DNA of 61,168 nucleotides, counting the filler. It is 8 parts of 8 records of this genome, joined end to end, with 100 filler letters (N's around TTAATTAATTAA, not from the genome) between each part and the next. Parts side by side here need not be neighbours in the genome. Positions count along the whole stretch, not along the records: positions 43,042 to 49,820 come from SRR31156797_45906; positions 49,921 to 55,787 come from SRR31156797_45935; positions 55,888 to 61,168 come from SRR31156797_45988; 5 more parts are not named here. One strand, given 5' to 3'. Below, piece by piece: positions 49,130 to 59,182 of the stretch. The notes beneath the pieces were generated by a model. It saw only the letters and a list, made by a program, of their open reading frames with translations, was not told where the DNA came from and did no database searches. The position numbers were made by a program, and so were the translations under genes. Positions within the stretch are counted from its first letter, which is position 1. Each line of letters opens with the position of its first letter.

Positions 49130-49820
49130 ATGGACCCTGTGTCATCCATAAAACCGGCGTTGGCCGTTTTAGTTTCCCTTCTGGCAGCGCCAATCCTGGT
49201 TTCAAGCCGTTCCCCCAATGTCAGGGAAGGATGGACCTTTGCCGCCGGCGCCGTGAAACTGCTCATTGTTCTGTCCCTCATCCCGACAGTAATGCAGGGC
49301 CGTGAAGTTGTATTCACTGCTTTCAAGGTTATACCCGGAATCAGCCTGGCCTTTCGCGTCGACGCCCTCGGTCTGCTATTCGCCCTGGTTTCTTCCAGCC
49401 TGTGGATCGTAACTTCCGCCTATTCCATCGGATACATGCGGGGATTGAGGGAACATTCCCAGACAAGGTACTATTGTTTCTTCGCTCTGGCTCTTTCCGC
49501 CACCCTGGGCGTGGCCTTTTCCGCCAACCTTTTGACCATGTACCTGTTTTACGAAATGCTTTCGTTTGCCACATATCCCCTGGTCACTCACCATCAGGAC
49601 GCGGAAGCCAGAAGTTCGGGGCGCAAATACCTGTTCTATATCGTGGGCGGCTCCATTGCCCTGGTTTTACCGGCCATGGTCATCTGTTATTTCAAAGCCG
49701 GAACCCTGGATTTCTCGAGCCAGGGTTTTCTGGCCGGTTCAGTCGACCGGTCAATGGCCGGGATTCTGCTCCTGATGTTCGTCTTCGGTTTGGCCAAGGT
49801 CGGTATTATGCCTTTTCATT
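49130..49820 (+). CDS. mnhD: Second MrpD-family antiporter subunit, 3'-truncated
   Basis: NVREGWT, FRVDALG, LFYEMLS..TYPLVTH, AKVGIMPFH. Confidence 0.85.
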
Positions 49821-49920
49821 NNNNNNNNNNNNNNNNNNNNNNNNNNNNNNNNNNNNNNNNNNNNTTAATTAATTAANNNNNNNNNNNNNNNNNNNNNNNN
49901 NNNNNNNNNNNNNNNNNNNN
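49821..49920. other. Artificial contig linker
   Basis: N run-TTAATTAATTAA-N run. Confidence 0.98.
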
Positions 49921-50288
49921 TTGCGGATGCGGCAGCACTCCTTGCGGTTCTCCAGGCTGTAATAGAAGGAGTTGGGCCCCTTGGCCTCCAGCAGCGCCTC
50001 CAAGGCCCGGGCGTCGGGACAGTAGACCCGAAAAGGAGCTTTCCACTTCAGCCGGGCCTGCTCCAACAGATCATAGCTCTCCTGAAAGAGACGGCCCGTG
50101 TCGAGGGTGAAGATCTCCACCCGGTCGCTTATCTTCCGGAGCATGTCGCTGATCACCATATCCTCCAGTCCCAGACTGGAGGACTGGACCAGCCTGTCCG
50201 CTCCATAGCTCCGGATGGCCCACCCAAGGATCTCCTGGGGGGTCATGTCAGCCGTTTCTTTGCGCAGAAGAGCCAGATCCGTCGTCAT
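49921..50288 (-). CDS. cysH: APS/PAPS reductase (Fe-S, APS-type), 3'-truncated
   Basis: SSLGLEDMV, FTLDTGRLFQESY, RKECCRIR (CC cluster ligands). Confidence 0.88.
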
Positions 50289-50292
50289 ACTG

Positions 50293-51579
50293 TCAGTCCT
50301 GAATATTCCTGTAGACCTTCTTGATCTTCTTGATGTCCTCTTCGGTCACAGAGTCCATCAGGTTCAGATCCTGCTTCATCTCCTTGAAGACCTCGATGGT
50401 CCTGCCGATCTCCGCATCCGTATGGGACGTGGTGGGGATCATGCGGAACATACAGAGGCCGGGGGGGATAACGGGATAAACGACGGCGGTCACGAATATG
50501 TTCTTGGTCCTCAGATACTTGACCATCTGCGCGCCCACGCCGTTCACATCGTCGCTTCCGGTGGGGGTGAACACGGAGCAGATGGGAGACTCGCCGGGTC
50601 CGATGTAGTAGCCCAGCTCTTTCAGGCCCTCCTTGAGTTTGCTGGAGTTGTCCCACATCTCCTTCCTTCTGTCATCCCCTTCGATGATAAAGTCCAGGGT
50701 TCTGTCCAGAGCCTTCACATAGACCATGGGGAGGCTCTTGGCGAAGACCTGGGTACGGGAGTTGAAGGCGATCCAGTCGATCACGTCCTTGTCGGCGGCC
50801 ACGAAACCGCCGATTGAGGCAAAGGCCTTGGCGAAGGTTCCGAAGTAGAGGTCGACCTTGTCCTGCACGCCGAAGAAATCGCCCGTTCCGCGGCCGGCCT
50901 CGCCCATAACGCCGACGCCGTGGGCATCGTCGATAAAGAGTCTGGCGTTGTACTTCTCCTTGAGCTCGCAGATGCCGGGCAGATCGGCCAGATCGCCGGT
51001 CATGCCGTAGACCCCTTCGATCAGGATCATGACCCCGCCCTCTCTCTTCTCGTTTACCTGCCTCAGAACGGACTCCAGATCCTTCATATTGTTATGCTTG
51101 AAGTAGCGGATGGTCGCGCCGGCGGCCTTGGCCATGGAGGCGGCATCCAGGATACAGGCATGGGCCAGACGGTCTACGATGACCGTGTCCTTGGGGCCGC
51201 AGAGGGAGGAAACGACTCCGAGAACCCCCATGTATCCGAAATTGAACAGATAGGCGGCCTCCTTCTGAGACCACTGGGCGAAGCGGGCTTCCAGGTCCTG
51301 GTGGAACTGGGTGTTTCCGCTCATCATCCTGGACCCCATGGGAGCGCTCGTACCGTACTCGCTGACAGCCTCTCCGGCAACGGCCTTGATCTCATCGTTC
51401 TCCGCCAGCCCTATATAGTTATTCACCGACCACATAACGACCTCGTTGCCGTTGTACTGCATGGTCTTGCCGGGGATCGGATCCATAGTGGGCCGGGTCA
51501 GGTCCTTCTCGCCCATCTTACGGAATTTTCCGAAGTAACCGGCATCGGTTTTGCATTTATCAAAGATATCAACACTCAT
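50293..51579 (-). CDS. Alpha-oxoamine synthase, CapB/SulA-like cysteate acyltransferase (SPT-related)
   Basis: WSVNNYIGL, PMGSRMMSG, NFGYMG, HACILD, DDAHG, GTFAK (PLP lysine), QVFAKSLPM; next to cysteate synthase. Confidence 0.75.
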   Translation of the reverse strand: MSVDIFDKCKTDAGYFGKFRKMGEKDLTRPTMDPIPGKTMQYNGNEVVMWSVNNYIGLAENDEIKAVAGEAVSEYGTSAPMGSRMMSGNTQFHQDLEARFAQWSQKEAAYLFNFGYMGVLGVVSSLCGPKDTVIVDRLAHACILDAASMAKAAGATIRYFKHNNMKDLESVLRQVNEKREGGVMILIEGVYGMTGDLADLPGICELKEKYNARLFIDDAHGVGVMGEAGRGTGDFFGVQDKVDLYFGTFAKAFASIGGFVAADKDVIDWIAFNSRTQVFAKSLPMVYVKALDRTLDFIIEGDDRRKEMWDNSSKLKEGLKELGYYIGPGESPICSVFTPTGSDDVNGVGAQMVKYLRTKNIFVTAVVYPVIPPGLCMFRMIPTTSHTDAEIGRTIEVFKEMKQDLNLMDSVTEEDIKKIKKVYRNIQD

Positions 51580-51679
51580 TTTTCAATCTCCTTGGATTTT
51601 TATATTCCTTTAATTCATAAAAAGCACGTTAAACAACAGAGCTGTCAAAAACCGAAAGATTTGAAACGACGGCGAGTCT

Positions 51680-52972
51680 TCAGCCCTGAAAAAGCTTTCT
51701 CACTTCCCTCACAACCGTTTCCGCGTCCGCATCCACAGGCAGGACAAGATCGGCCCGGGCGGCCGCCGTTTCGTGTTCTCTCCGGTACCGATCCATGCCG
51801 CCACCAGTGATATTAAGCATGACCGAAGCGTTTTTGTCCACCCGGCCCGATTCAACGGCCTTGACCAGAGAGGCGACCGCAACGGCTGCGGCGGGAGAGA
51901 TATCGATCCCCTCCTTTTCCAGAAAAAGAGCGCCCGCTTCCGAAGCTTCCCCGTTATCAGCCAGAAGGACATCTCCCCCCGTGGCTTCCAGGGCGTCGAA
52001 GAGCCCTCCCTTCAGGGAATAGGGGGGCTTGCGGTTGGTCAGAACCGAGGCGTTGACCGCATGGGCCTGGGCCCTGGCCTTTTCATCATCAAGGGGAACG
52101 AGGTCGCGGCTACCGGCCTTCCAGCTGTCATAGATCAACTGAAAGGGAGTGTTCTGGGAGACCATCAGCCTCATATTCGTCCCGCCGAATCGTCCGTCTT
52201 TCCGAAGCCTCATCGAGGCCTCCCAGGCGGCGATGGCGCCCGTGCCGCTGCCGACGGCCTGGAAGTAGTATTCGGGGATTTTCCCCATGGCGGTTGCGGC
52301 CGAGAGGACCGTCGTCCCCATGCCGTCCCGCCGGGCGGGATTCTTGGCCCCCCCTTCGGGATAAAAGCCCTCACCCCTGCAGAGCGTGCCTGACAGGGCG
52401 ATGGCGTCAAAGTAATCCGAACCGGCCTCGGCGGCGATGATCTTCACGCAATCCGCCCTCTCCCCATCGGACCAGAGGGCGTCAAGATTGTCCTCGGGGA
52501 CGCATACGACCAGAGGGATGCCGTTCTCGGAGCAGACCCGGACAAAGGCGCGGGCCGTATTCCCTGCGGAGGCGACAACGAGGACATCGTCCCTCTTCTC
52601 GGGGATCCGGGCGCACACCGCATAGGCCTCGCACTCCTTGAAGGTTCCCGTCCTCATAGCCGCACCCTTTTCGGGCCACCAGCCGTTGAAGGTGATCCAC
52701 AGGTCCCTCATCCCCAGCGCCGCGGCCAGTCCCTCGCTCTTATAGCTCACCGGCGAGGCGGATCCCTCAAGGGTGCGTCCTACGGGAAGCCAGTCGGAGA
52801 AACGGTACAGACCTTCCTCCGCCCCTCCCGCGTTCAGCTGGGAGGCCTCGTATTCGGCCCTGAGGAAATGGGGAGTCCCGCAATCGGGGCAGGAGAGGAT
52901 CCGTCCGTCGTCCTTCAATGATCTCCCGCAGCATCCGCCGCTCAGGGTATAGTGATTCAGGTTATTGCTCAT
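51680..52972 (-). CDS. Cysteate synthase (threonine synthase-like; CapA type)
   Basis: [64 protein letters not shown]. Confidence 0.85.
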   Translation of the reverse strand: MSNNLNHYTLSGGCCGRSLKDDGRILSCPDCGTPHFLRAEYEASQLNAGGAEEGLYRFSDWLPVGRTLEGSASPVSYKSEGLAAALGMRDLWITFNGWWPEKGAAMRTGTFKECEAYAVCARIPEKRDDVLVVASAGNTARAFVRVCSENGIPLVVCVPEDNLDALWSDGERADCVKIIAAEAGSDYFDAIALSGTLCRGEGFYPEGGAKNPARRDGMGTTVLSAATAMGKIPEYYFQAVGSGTGAIAAWEASMRLRKDGRFGGTNMRLMVSQNTPFQLIYDSWKAGSRDLVPLDDEKARAQAHAVNASVLTNRKPPYSLKGGLFDALEATGGDVLLADNGEASEAGALFLEKEGIDISPAAAVAVASLVKAVESGRVDKNASVMLNITGGGMDRYRREHETAAARADLVLPVDADAETVVREVRKLFQG

Positions 52973-54837
52973 TTTTCATCTCCAAAGACTTCCCAGTCTG
53001 CCATGATTCCATCGACCTCTTCCATATGGTCCGCCAGGTTTTCCGGCTTCCTTATATGCCAGTCCGGCTCAAGATCGGTGACGATGTCCTTTCCCACCCA
53101 GATGGTCCTGAGTCGGGAAGACCCTATGAGGAGCTGGATCCTGTCCCTCTCTTCCTCGGTCAGACTGTCGATCTTGACGATGAAGAACATCCCGGCGTCC
53201 AGCATGATGCGTGAGATCTCGGAGATCCTCCTGATGTGCTCCTCCCGGATAACCGGCCTCCGCCGGAGGGCCCCCCTGAGGTCCGCGTCCAGTCCGTATT
53301 GCAGGCTCTTGTATCCCAGATAGTAGACCGTTTTCCCCAGGCTGAAGAGTTTCTTCTCCAGCTGTTCGGCAAATTCCTTCTTGCCCCCGCCCAGTTCCCC
53401 TGAGACGAGGATCAGGGCCGGTCTCTGGCCATAGCGTTCCATCCGGTCCAGCTCTGTGATCACGCCGTTCTCCCACTCCAGGTTGCGGCGGACCATCTTC
53501 TCGCTGTCCTCGTACTGCCTCTGATCCTCCATCCCGCGGATGATCCCGCCTCCGGCGATCTCATATTCGTCCACAAGGACGAAACGGCTTGTCTGGGGCA
53601 GGTCCATAACCAGATCGAAGGCCACCGGCTTCTGAAGGGTCAGGACGCATTCGGCCACATCATGCCTTTCCACCTGCTCCTTGCGGTTATGCGCGTCCAG
53701 GGAAGAGGCGTCTATCACCTTCAGGATTTCGGTCAGCCGGCAGCGCAGCTTGGAGGTCCCTGTCTTCAGATAGTACTCCCTGCCGGGAACAAGAGGCTTC
53801 CGGCCCAGCCAGAAGAGGCTTACCTTCAGGCAGTTGCCCACCAGGGGAGCCCTCTCGTCAACCCGGCAGGCCAGGGCGCCCCGGCTGAGGTAGATCTGCT
53901 CTTCCATGGTGAATCCCGTGGCCGCTCCGGCGCGCACCTCTTTGACGGGGGGAGTGTTAAAGCTCTCAATGGTTTTGACCCGGCTCTTCTTCCCGGACGG
54001 GTAGAAGATGATCTCATCCCCTTCGCGAAAACTGCCGGTCTCCAGGGTACCGGCTACGATCCGCCGCTTATCGTCGAAGCCGGTGAACTTGTAGATATCC
54101 GTTACGGGCATCCGCATGGGCAGCTTATCCAGGGATTCCCCCTTTTCGAAGCGGTCCAGAAGCTCCAGAACGGTGGCGCCCTTCCACCAGGGCATCCTGT
54201 CCATCCGGGTGTGGACATTGTCTCCCTCCCTTCCGCTGACGGGAATAAACTCCACATCGGCGAGCCCGATAGAGCGGAGGAAGCGGCTGAAGCGCCGGAC
54301 GATTCTGTTATAGACCTGCTGGCTGTAATCCGCCAGGTCCATCTTATTGACGATGACGCAGACCTGTCGGACCCCCAGCATGGCCAGAAGGTAGCCGTGC
54401 CGCCGAGAGTTCTCCTGAATGCCTTCGTCCGCATCGATGACCAGGAACGCCGCCTCGGCGCGGGCGGCGCCTGTGATCATATTCTTGAGAAACTCGATAT
54501 GCCCGGGGGCGTCGATAATGATATAGTCCCTCTTGTCGGACTGGAAAAAAACACGGGCCGCGTCAATGGTGATGCCCTGGGACTGCTCGTCCTTGAGGGC
54601 ATCCAGAAGGAAGGCGTACTCGAAGGGCTTGGAGTTCCGCTCGCAATCCCGGCGGACCTGTTCCAGTTTCCCGTCGGGCAGGCTGCCCGTATCGGCCAGA
54701 AGCCGCCCCACCACCGTCGACTTCCCATGATCCACATGGCCGGTGAAAACGATGTTCATCTGCTGACGCCGATTGTCCTCTCGCCCGCCGTCCTGCTGCG
54801 CGCTATCCCGCAGCTCCCGCTTGTTCTGCATATTCAT
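52969..54837 (-). CDS. cysN: Sulfate adenylyltransferase subunit 1 fused to a degenerate APS-kinase domain
   Basis: [25 protein letters not shown]-terminal CysC-like domain with altered motifs. Confidence 0.88.
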   Translation of the reverse strand: MNMQNKRELRDSAQQDGGREDNRRQQMNIVFTGHVDHGKSTVVGRLLADTGSLPDGKLEQVRRDCERNSKPFEYAFLLDALKDEQSQGITIDAARVFFQSDKRDYIIIDAPGHIEFLKNMITGAARAEAAFLVIDADEGIQENSRRHGYLLAMLGVRQVCVIVNKMDLADYSQQVYNRIVRRFSRFLRSIGLADVEFIPVSGREGDNVHTRMDRMPWWKGATVLELLDRFEKGESLDKLPMRMPVTDIYKFTGFDDKRRIVAGTLETGSFREGDEIIFYPSGKKSRVKTIESFNTPPVKEVRAGAATGFTMEEQIYLSRGALACRVDERAPLVGNCLKVSLFWLGRKPLVPGREYYLKTGTSKLRCRLTEILKVIDASSLDAHNRKEQVERHDVAECVLTLQKPVAFDLVMDLPQTSRFVLVDEYEIAGGGIIRGMEDQRQYEDSEKMVRRNLEWENGVITELDRMERYGQRPALILVSGELGGGKKEFAEQLEKKLFSLGKTVYYLGYKSLQYGLDADLRGALRRRPVIREEHIRRISEISRIMLDAGMFFIVKIDSLTEEERDRIQLLIGSSRLRTIWVGKDIVTDLEPDWHIRKPENLADHMEEVDGIMADWEVFGDEK

Positions 54838-55718
54838 CACATATACCCGTCCCGTCTCAGGGTTTCCAGACCGCCGCCGTCATCCTTGTCCTGAGCCCTG
54901 CCGGAACGCTCGGCGATGTTGGCGAATTTGCCGGTTTTCAACTCTTCTATGATCTCCCGGACATTCCCGGCATCCGACTGCACGGGAGTGGTGCAGGGGC
55001 CGCAGCCCAGGGAGCGGTAGCGCTCGCCCGAGCCCTGGTTGTAGTAGAGGGATACGGTGGGGATGCTCTCCCGTTCGATGTACTCCCATATATTCGTCTC
55101 CGTCCAGTCCAGAAGGGGATGGATCCTCACATGGCTTCCGGGTGCGAAATCGGTCTTGAACTGATTCCAGAACTCGGGAGGCTGGTCTCCCACATCCCAG
55201 ATATTCTCCTTGTCCCGGGGACTGAAATAGCGTTCTTTGGAACGGGAGCCCTCTTCGTCGGCCCGTACCCCGACGATGACGCCGGTGTACATCTCGCTGT
55301 CCCCATCCTCTTCATAGCGGTCGGTCTCATGGTTGAAGCGGTAGCGGGTCCAGCTGCCGTTGAGGGTGTTCTTCAGGGCCTCGGCCTTGAGAAGGCGGCA
55401 GCAGGTCAGACGATCGGCATTGCCGTCGGGGAATGTCTGTTTCGCTCCCAGGGCCTCCCTGTTCTGGCCATAGACCATGGGAAGCTTCCACTCCCTGGTC
55501 AGCCGGTCCCGGTACTCGATCATCTCGGGAATCTTATAGCTCGTGTCGATGTGTACAAGGGGAAAGGGGACATGGCCGTAAAAGGCTTTACGGGCAAGCC
55601 AGAGAAGTACGGTGCTGTCCTTGCCTATCGACCAGAGCATGCACAGGTTCTTGAAATTGGCGTAAGCTTCCCGGAGTATCCGGACGCCGATGGCTTCTAA
55701 TTGATCCAGTTGGTCCAT
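54837..55718 (-). CDS. cysD: Sulfate adenylyltransferase subunit 2
   Basis: [54 protein letters not shown]. Confidence 0.92.
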   Translation of the reverse strand: MDQLDQLEAIGVRILREAYANFKNLCMLWSIGKDSTVLLWLARKAFYGHVPFPLVHIDTSYKIPEMIEYRDRLTREWKLPMVYGQNREALGAKQTFPDGNADRLTCCRLLKAEALKNTLNGSWTRYRFNHETDRYEEDGDSEMYTGVIVGVRADEEGSRSKERYFSPRDKENIWDVGDQPPEFWNQFKTDFAPGSHVRIHPLLDWTETNIWEYIERESIPTVSLYYNQGSGERYRSLGCGPCTTPVQSDAGNVREIIEELKTGKFANIAERSGRAQDKDDGGGLETLRRDGYM

Positions 55719-55787
55719 GCATAACAATAAATAGGAGTTCCTGATTCTGTCAAAACAAATGGGCTTATGTTAATAAATCTTAATCTG

Positions 55788-55887
55788 NNNNNNNNNNNNN
55801 NNNNNNNNNNNNNNNNNNNNNNNNNNNNNNNTTAATTAATTAANNNNNNNNNNNNNNNNNNNNNNNNNNNNNNNNNNNNNNNNNNNN
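55788..55887. other. Artificial contig linker
   Basis: N run-TTAATTAATTAA-N run. Confidence 0.98.
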
Positions 55888-56399
55888 GGGGGGGCCACGA
55901 TCATCAGGTTGAATGTCGCAAGGTGGAGGCGGTCCACCTCCTTTACCGGGTTGTCGCCCAGGAAATAACCGGCATCCTGGGTTTCGGATTTGATTTCCTG
56001 GAGAATGTCGCCTGACATGGCCTGGGTGATCTTGAACTGGATTCCGGGATATTGGGGGTGCATCCAGGCGAAGAATTCCCGGGTCCTGAGAAATTCAGGA
56101 TCGGAGTTCAGGCCGATGGTGAGATCGCCGGAAAGATCCTGTTTGAGTTCCTTGGCATGGTTCAAAAAACGGGTGCCGGCCTCCAGGATTCGCTGGCCGT
56201 CTTCCTTGAGGGCGAGGCCGTGGCGGGTCAGCTCCATGCCCTTGGGACTCCGGTTGAAAAGGGGGAGTTCCAGTTCCTCTTCCAGGGCCTTAATGTGGGC
56301 GCTCACGGCCGGCTGGCTGGTGTTCAGGCGCCTGGCCGCCCGGGTGAGGGTCTTTTCCTCGGCAACGGTGACAAAGGTCCGAAGCTGGTAGAATTCCAT
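55888..56399 (-). CDS. LysR-family transcriptional regulator, 3'-truncated
   Basis: MEFYQLRTF..TRAARRLNTSQPAVSAHIKALEEEL..LF.R. Confidence 0.93.
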
Positions 56400-56412
56400 G
56401 GGGGCTGTCTCC

Positions 56413-56449
56413 ATCAGAAATCGTGAACATGGATATCAGATCATACAAT
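56413..56449. promoter_or_regulatory. LysR-type T-N11-A boxes
   Basis: TCA-N7-TGA at 56414-56426 and a second T-N11-A at 56436-56448, in the divergent intergenic region. Confidence 0.45.
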
Positions 56450-56545
56450 TGGATCATTTTATAGCAAAAAGGGTAAAGAAAAGACAATCATTTGTTGGCA
56501 ACCCGCACCACCACCATCATCAACAGCCCGGGAAAGGGGGAGAAT

Positions 56546-56734
56546 ATGGAAACAAAATCGCGATCCATGGAGATGATTACCTATTTTTTTACGGCTGAGG
56601 ATACGGGCCCGGTTCCCGGTAAGGGCCAGGGCCATTGGATGCCGGGTGCCCTGCCCGGGTGGGCGGGCGTCATCAAGGTGTTGCTCTGGTACCTGGTTTC
56701 CCTGGGCACCGCCATTTGCCTGGCAGCCCTGTGA
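56546..56734 (+). CDS. Small (62 aa) protein with C-terminal TM helix
   Basis: RBS GGGGAG before ATG 56546; hydrophobic C-terminus VIKVLLWYLVSLGTAICLAAL; divergent from lysR. Confidence 0.55.
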   Translation: METKSRSMEMITYFFTAEDTGPVPGKGQGHWMPGALPGWAGVIKVLLWYLVSLGTAICLAAL

Positions 56735-56776
56735 CGCGAGGGATCTGCGAAATATTCGGCAGGGGCCTTTTTTTTC

Positions 56777-56830
56777 TTGACAGTGCCGGAATTGTCCTCT
56801 AATATCCACACAAAGTTAGCTAAGCCAAAC
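56777..56830 (+). promoter_or_regulatory. Sigma70 promoter with a downstream imperfect palindrome (DtxR/MntR-like operator)
   Basis: TTGACA-17 bp-TAATAT (56777-56805); GTTAGCTAAGCCAAAC at 56815-56830. Confidence 0.55.
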
Positions 56831-56888
56831 AAAATTAAATATTCCGAATCGGCAATGCCGGTCACGCAAGAAAAAGGAGGAAAGGCAA

Positions 56889-58052
56889 ATGGCATCCACG
56901 CAAAAAGAACAGAACCTGATCAACATTTGGGAGACCCACTCCTGCTTTATCTGCCCGGTGGCCGGGTTCTGCTTTTCGGATTTTGAGATTAAAAAGCTCC
57001 TGAAAACCCCCGGCAACCCAAAGCTTGCCTCAACGGATTCCTATGAACTCCACCAGGCGATCATGGCGAAACTGGGGGAGAAGAACAGGACCTCCGAAAA
57101 GGCGGATCGCTTTTTGCGAACCAAATATGCCAAGGCCGTTGACAGGTTCGCGACCATGGATGAGGCGGCGTTCCAGAAAGCCTGGGCCAAGGCTGTCCTC
57201 ACCGATGCCATGCCCGCCATGTTTTTTGTGGCTGCCGTACGGTCCGATCTTTCCGCCGATTTTCTGAGCCGGGTGTACGGCGATGTTCACATGACCGGGT
57301 ACGGGGCCATGGCCGCCATGGCGGCCAGTTTCCAGGAACGGGACGCTGCCGTTGAAAAAAACGAAGTCCTCAAGGCCCTCCTGTCGGAAGAGAAACACCG
57401 CAACGCGGAACTGGTGGATGAAAATATCCGCATCAAGGCTTCGGAGGCCAGGAAACCGGTTCCCGTGGTTCCTGAAACAAGTGCTGCGCCGGGACAGGTC
57501 CCTGCCGAGGACCGAATCCGGGCCCTGGAGGAACAACTCGCCTGCAAGGACAGGGAGAACCGGAGGCTGGAGCGGGAACGGAGAAAGGCGGAGATCCGGA
57601 TGTTTGAGGCCGTGGCCAACAATGAGCAGCTGGAGCAGGAACTCAATCAGCTCATTGCCGGTTTCTCCCAGGTCCAGGCGTCCTCCCGGTGCACCAAGGA
57701 GGACTGTCCCAACTTTGACGCCTGTTCCAAGCGGATTCTCATCGTAGGCGGGCTGACCAAGCTTAAGGAGATGTACCGGAAGATCGTGGAGTCCAAGGGC
57801 GGTATCTTTGATTACCACTCCGGGCGGATCCGGAACGGCAAGAACAACCTCGAGGCCCGGGTGAAGCGGTCGGACCTGGTGATCTGTCCGGTCAATCACA
57901 ACAGTCACAACGCCTGTCTCAAGGTCAAGCATTTTTGTAATAAACACAACAAGGACATACACATGATACCCGGGTCAAGCCTGACGGCCATCTCCACCGT
58001 GTTTGGGTCATCCGGTATTGAAGGGTCCCATGAACCATGCCCGTTAAATTAA
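56889..58052 (+). CDS. DUF2325 domain protein (Cys/His N-terminus, coiled coil, C-terminal DUF2325)
   Basis: IWE..CPVAGFC, YELH, YGDVHM; ILIVGG..DLVICPVNHNSHNAC..KHFCNK; RBS AGGAGG. Confidence 0.8.
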   Translation: MASTQKEQNLINIWETHSCFICPVAGFCFSDFEIKKLLKTPGNPKLASTDSYELHQAIMAKLGEKNRTSEKADRFLRTKYAKAVDRFATMDEAAFQKAWAKAVLTDAMPAMFFVAAVRSDLSADFLSRVYGDVHMTGYGAMAAMAASFQERDAAVEKNEVLKALLSEEKHRNAELVDENIRIKASEARKPVPVVPETSAAPGQVPAEDRIRALEEQLACKDRENRRLERERRKAEIRMFEAVANNEQLEQELNQLIAGFSQVQASSRCTKEDCPNFDACSKRILIVGGLTKLKEMYRKIVESKGGIFDYHSGRIRNGKNNLEARVKRSDLVICPVNHNSHNACLKVKHFCNKHNKDIHMIPGSSLTAISTVFGSSGIEGSHEPCPLN

Positions 58053-58069
58053 AATAAGGGGAGGCTCTT

Positions 58070-58420
58070 ATGAGTAAAGCGTTTTCAATGAAATCCCATG
58101 CCCTTGACAATGACCTTTTTATAAATCTATCCGGCGTGTTTGACGGCAGTTCCGCCTGGCAGCTCGCCAATACCATCCTGACCCGTTTCCACGGCCTGGG
58201 CAAGTTGTTCATCGACACCCGGGACCTGTCAACCGTCGTGCCCTTTGGGGCCGACATGATCGTCAACCTGGTCCCAAGGTCCCTGGTCAGGGAGAAAAAT
58301 GTGCTGATCCGGGACCGGCACGGCACCCACAGCGGCCTGGACCATTTTCAGACCCTGTCTGAAAAGTATATCCCTGGGGAACCTCCTCGCACCTGTTTTT
58401 CAGCGGCAAGCATCTGCTGA
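58070..58420 (+). CDS. Small STAS-like hypothetical protein
   Basis: LFINLSGVFDGSSAWQL..LFIDTRDL..PFG; RBS GGAGG. Confidence 0.6.
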   Translation: MSKAFSMKSHALDNDLFINLSGVFDGSSAWQLANTILTRFHGLGKLFIDTRDLSTVVPFGADMIVNLVPRSLVREKNVLIRDRHGTHSGLDHFQTLSEKYIPGEPPRTCFSAASIC

Positions 58421-58446
58421 TACCTCACTTGATTCCCCGAATCCCT

Positions 58447-58477
58447 GGGGCAGGCGACCCATACCGCCTGCCCCTTT
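58447..58477 (+). terminator. GC-rich hairpin, possible terminator
   Basis: GGGGCAGGCG / CGCCTGCCCC stem followed by TTT. Confidence 0.55.
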
Positions 58478-58552
58478 CCCTCACTTCCCGGCCTTGATCG
58501 TGCGGTCACGGCGGAATAGTGTTGACATGGATGAAAAAATGCTGTTTTAGAT

Positions 58553-59182
58553 GTGGCCATGCATTTTTTTATCAGATTCGTCATGACCATTATCGTTGCC
58601 CTTGCCGCCGGAGTCTTCTGGAATCCCGGCCCGGGGGCGTTCGCCCATCCCCATGTCTTCATCGAGGAGCGGGTCAAATTTGAGTTCGACGCCAAAGGCC
58701 TTGCCGGTATTCGAATGATCTGGACCTTTGACGACATGTTTTCCACCATGGTGGCCGGGGATTTCGACAAGAACAAGAACCAGGCCCTGGAACCGGAAGA
58801 GGTGGCGGATGTCAAGAAAGGCATGTTTGACAACCTTGTCAACTACGGCTATTACGCCTTTGTCAAGATCGACGCCGCTCCCTTTGAGGTCAAGTATGTG
58901 CGTGACTTTAAAGCACGACTGAACAAGAAGGGGATTCTCACCTATGAGTTCCTGATTCCCTGCCATGTGACGGCAACCTCCCAACCCAAGGTGGTCACCC
59001 TGACCTCCTATGATCCCGATTACTATTGCGCACTGTTTTTTGCCGAAGATACGCCGACCCTCATCAGCGGGGACGCCGCTGTCGACGTTTCCGCGTCCAT
59101 CCGGAAGGACATGGAAACCTCCTACTATTTCGGCATGGTCAATCCCTGGCAGCAGCGCGTCAGCTTCAGGTTAAAACAATGA
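58553..59182 (+). CDS. DUF1007-family periplasmic metal-binding protein
   Basis: Signal peptide then AHPHVFI, WTFDDMFS, YDPDYY. Confidence 0.82.
   Translation: MAMHFFIRFVMTIIVALAAGVFWNPGPGAFAHPHVFIEERVKFEFDAKGLAGIRMIWTFDDMFSTMVAGDFDKNKNQALEPEEVADVKKGMFDNLVNYGYYAFVKIDAAPFEVKYVRDFKARLNKKGILTYEFLIPCHVTATSQPKVVTLTSYDPDYYCALFFAEDTPTLISGDAAVDVSASIRKDMETSYYFGMVNPWQQRVSFRLKQ

Noticed and set aside
50293-52972. bioF plus thrC, or coenzyme M biosynthesis
   Set aside because: Motifs fit cysteate synthase and the CapB-like clade better; no biotin, threonine or comDE genes are adjacent.
50215-54894. Long plus-strand ORFs (200, 296, 206 and 410 aa)
   Set aside because: Shadows of the acyltransferase, cysteate synthase and cysN genes.
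6326-55887. Seven recurring TTAATTAATTAA motifs in N runs, and any gene linkage across them
   Set aside because: Artificial all-frame-stop linkers. The contigs differ in composition and likely taxon, so cross-contig systems are not supported.
57030-57962. 310-aa minus-strand ORF
   Set aside because: Antisense to the DUF2325 gene with no independent evidence.
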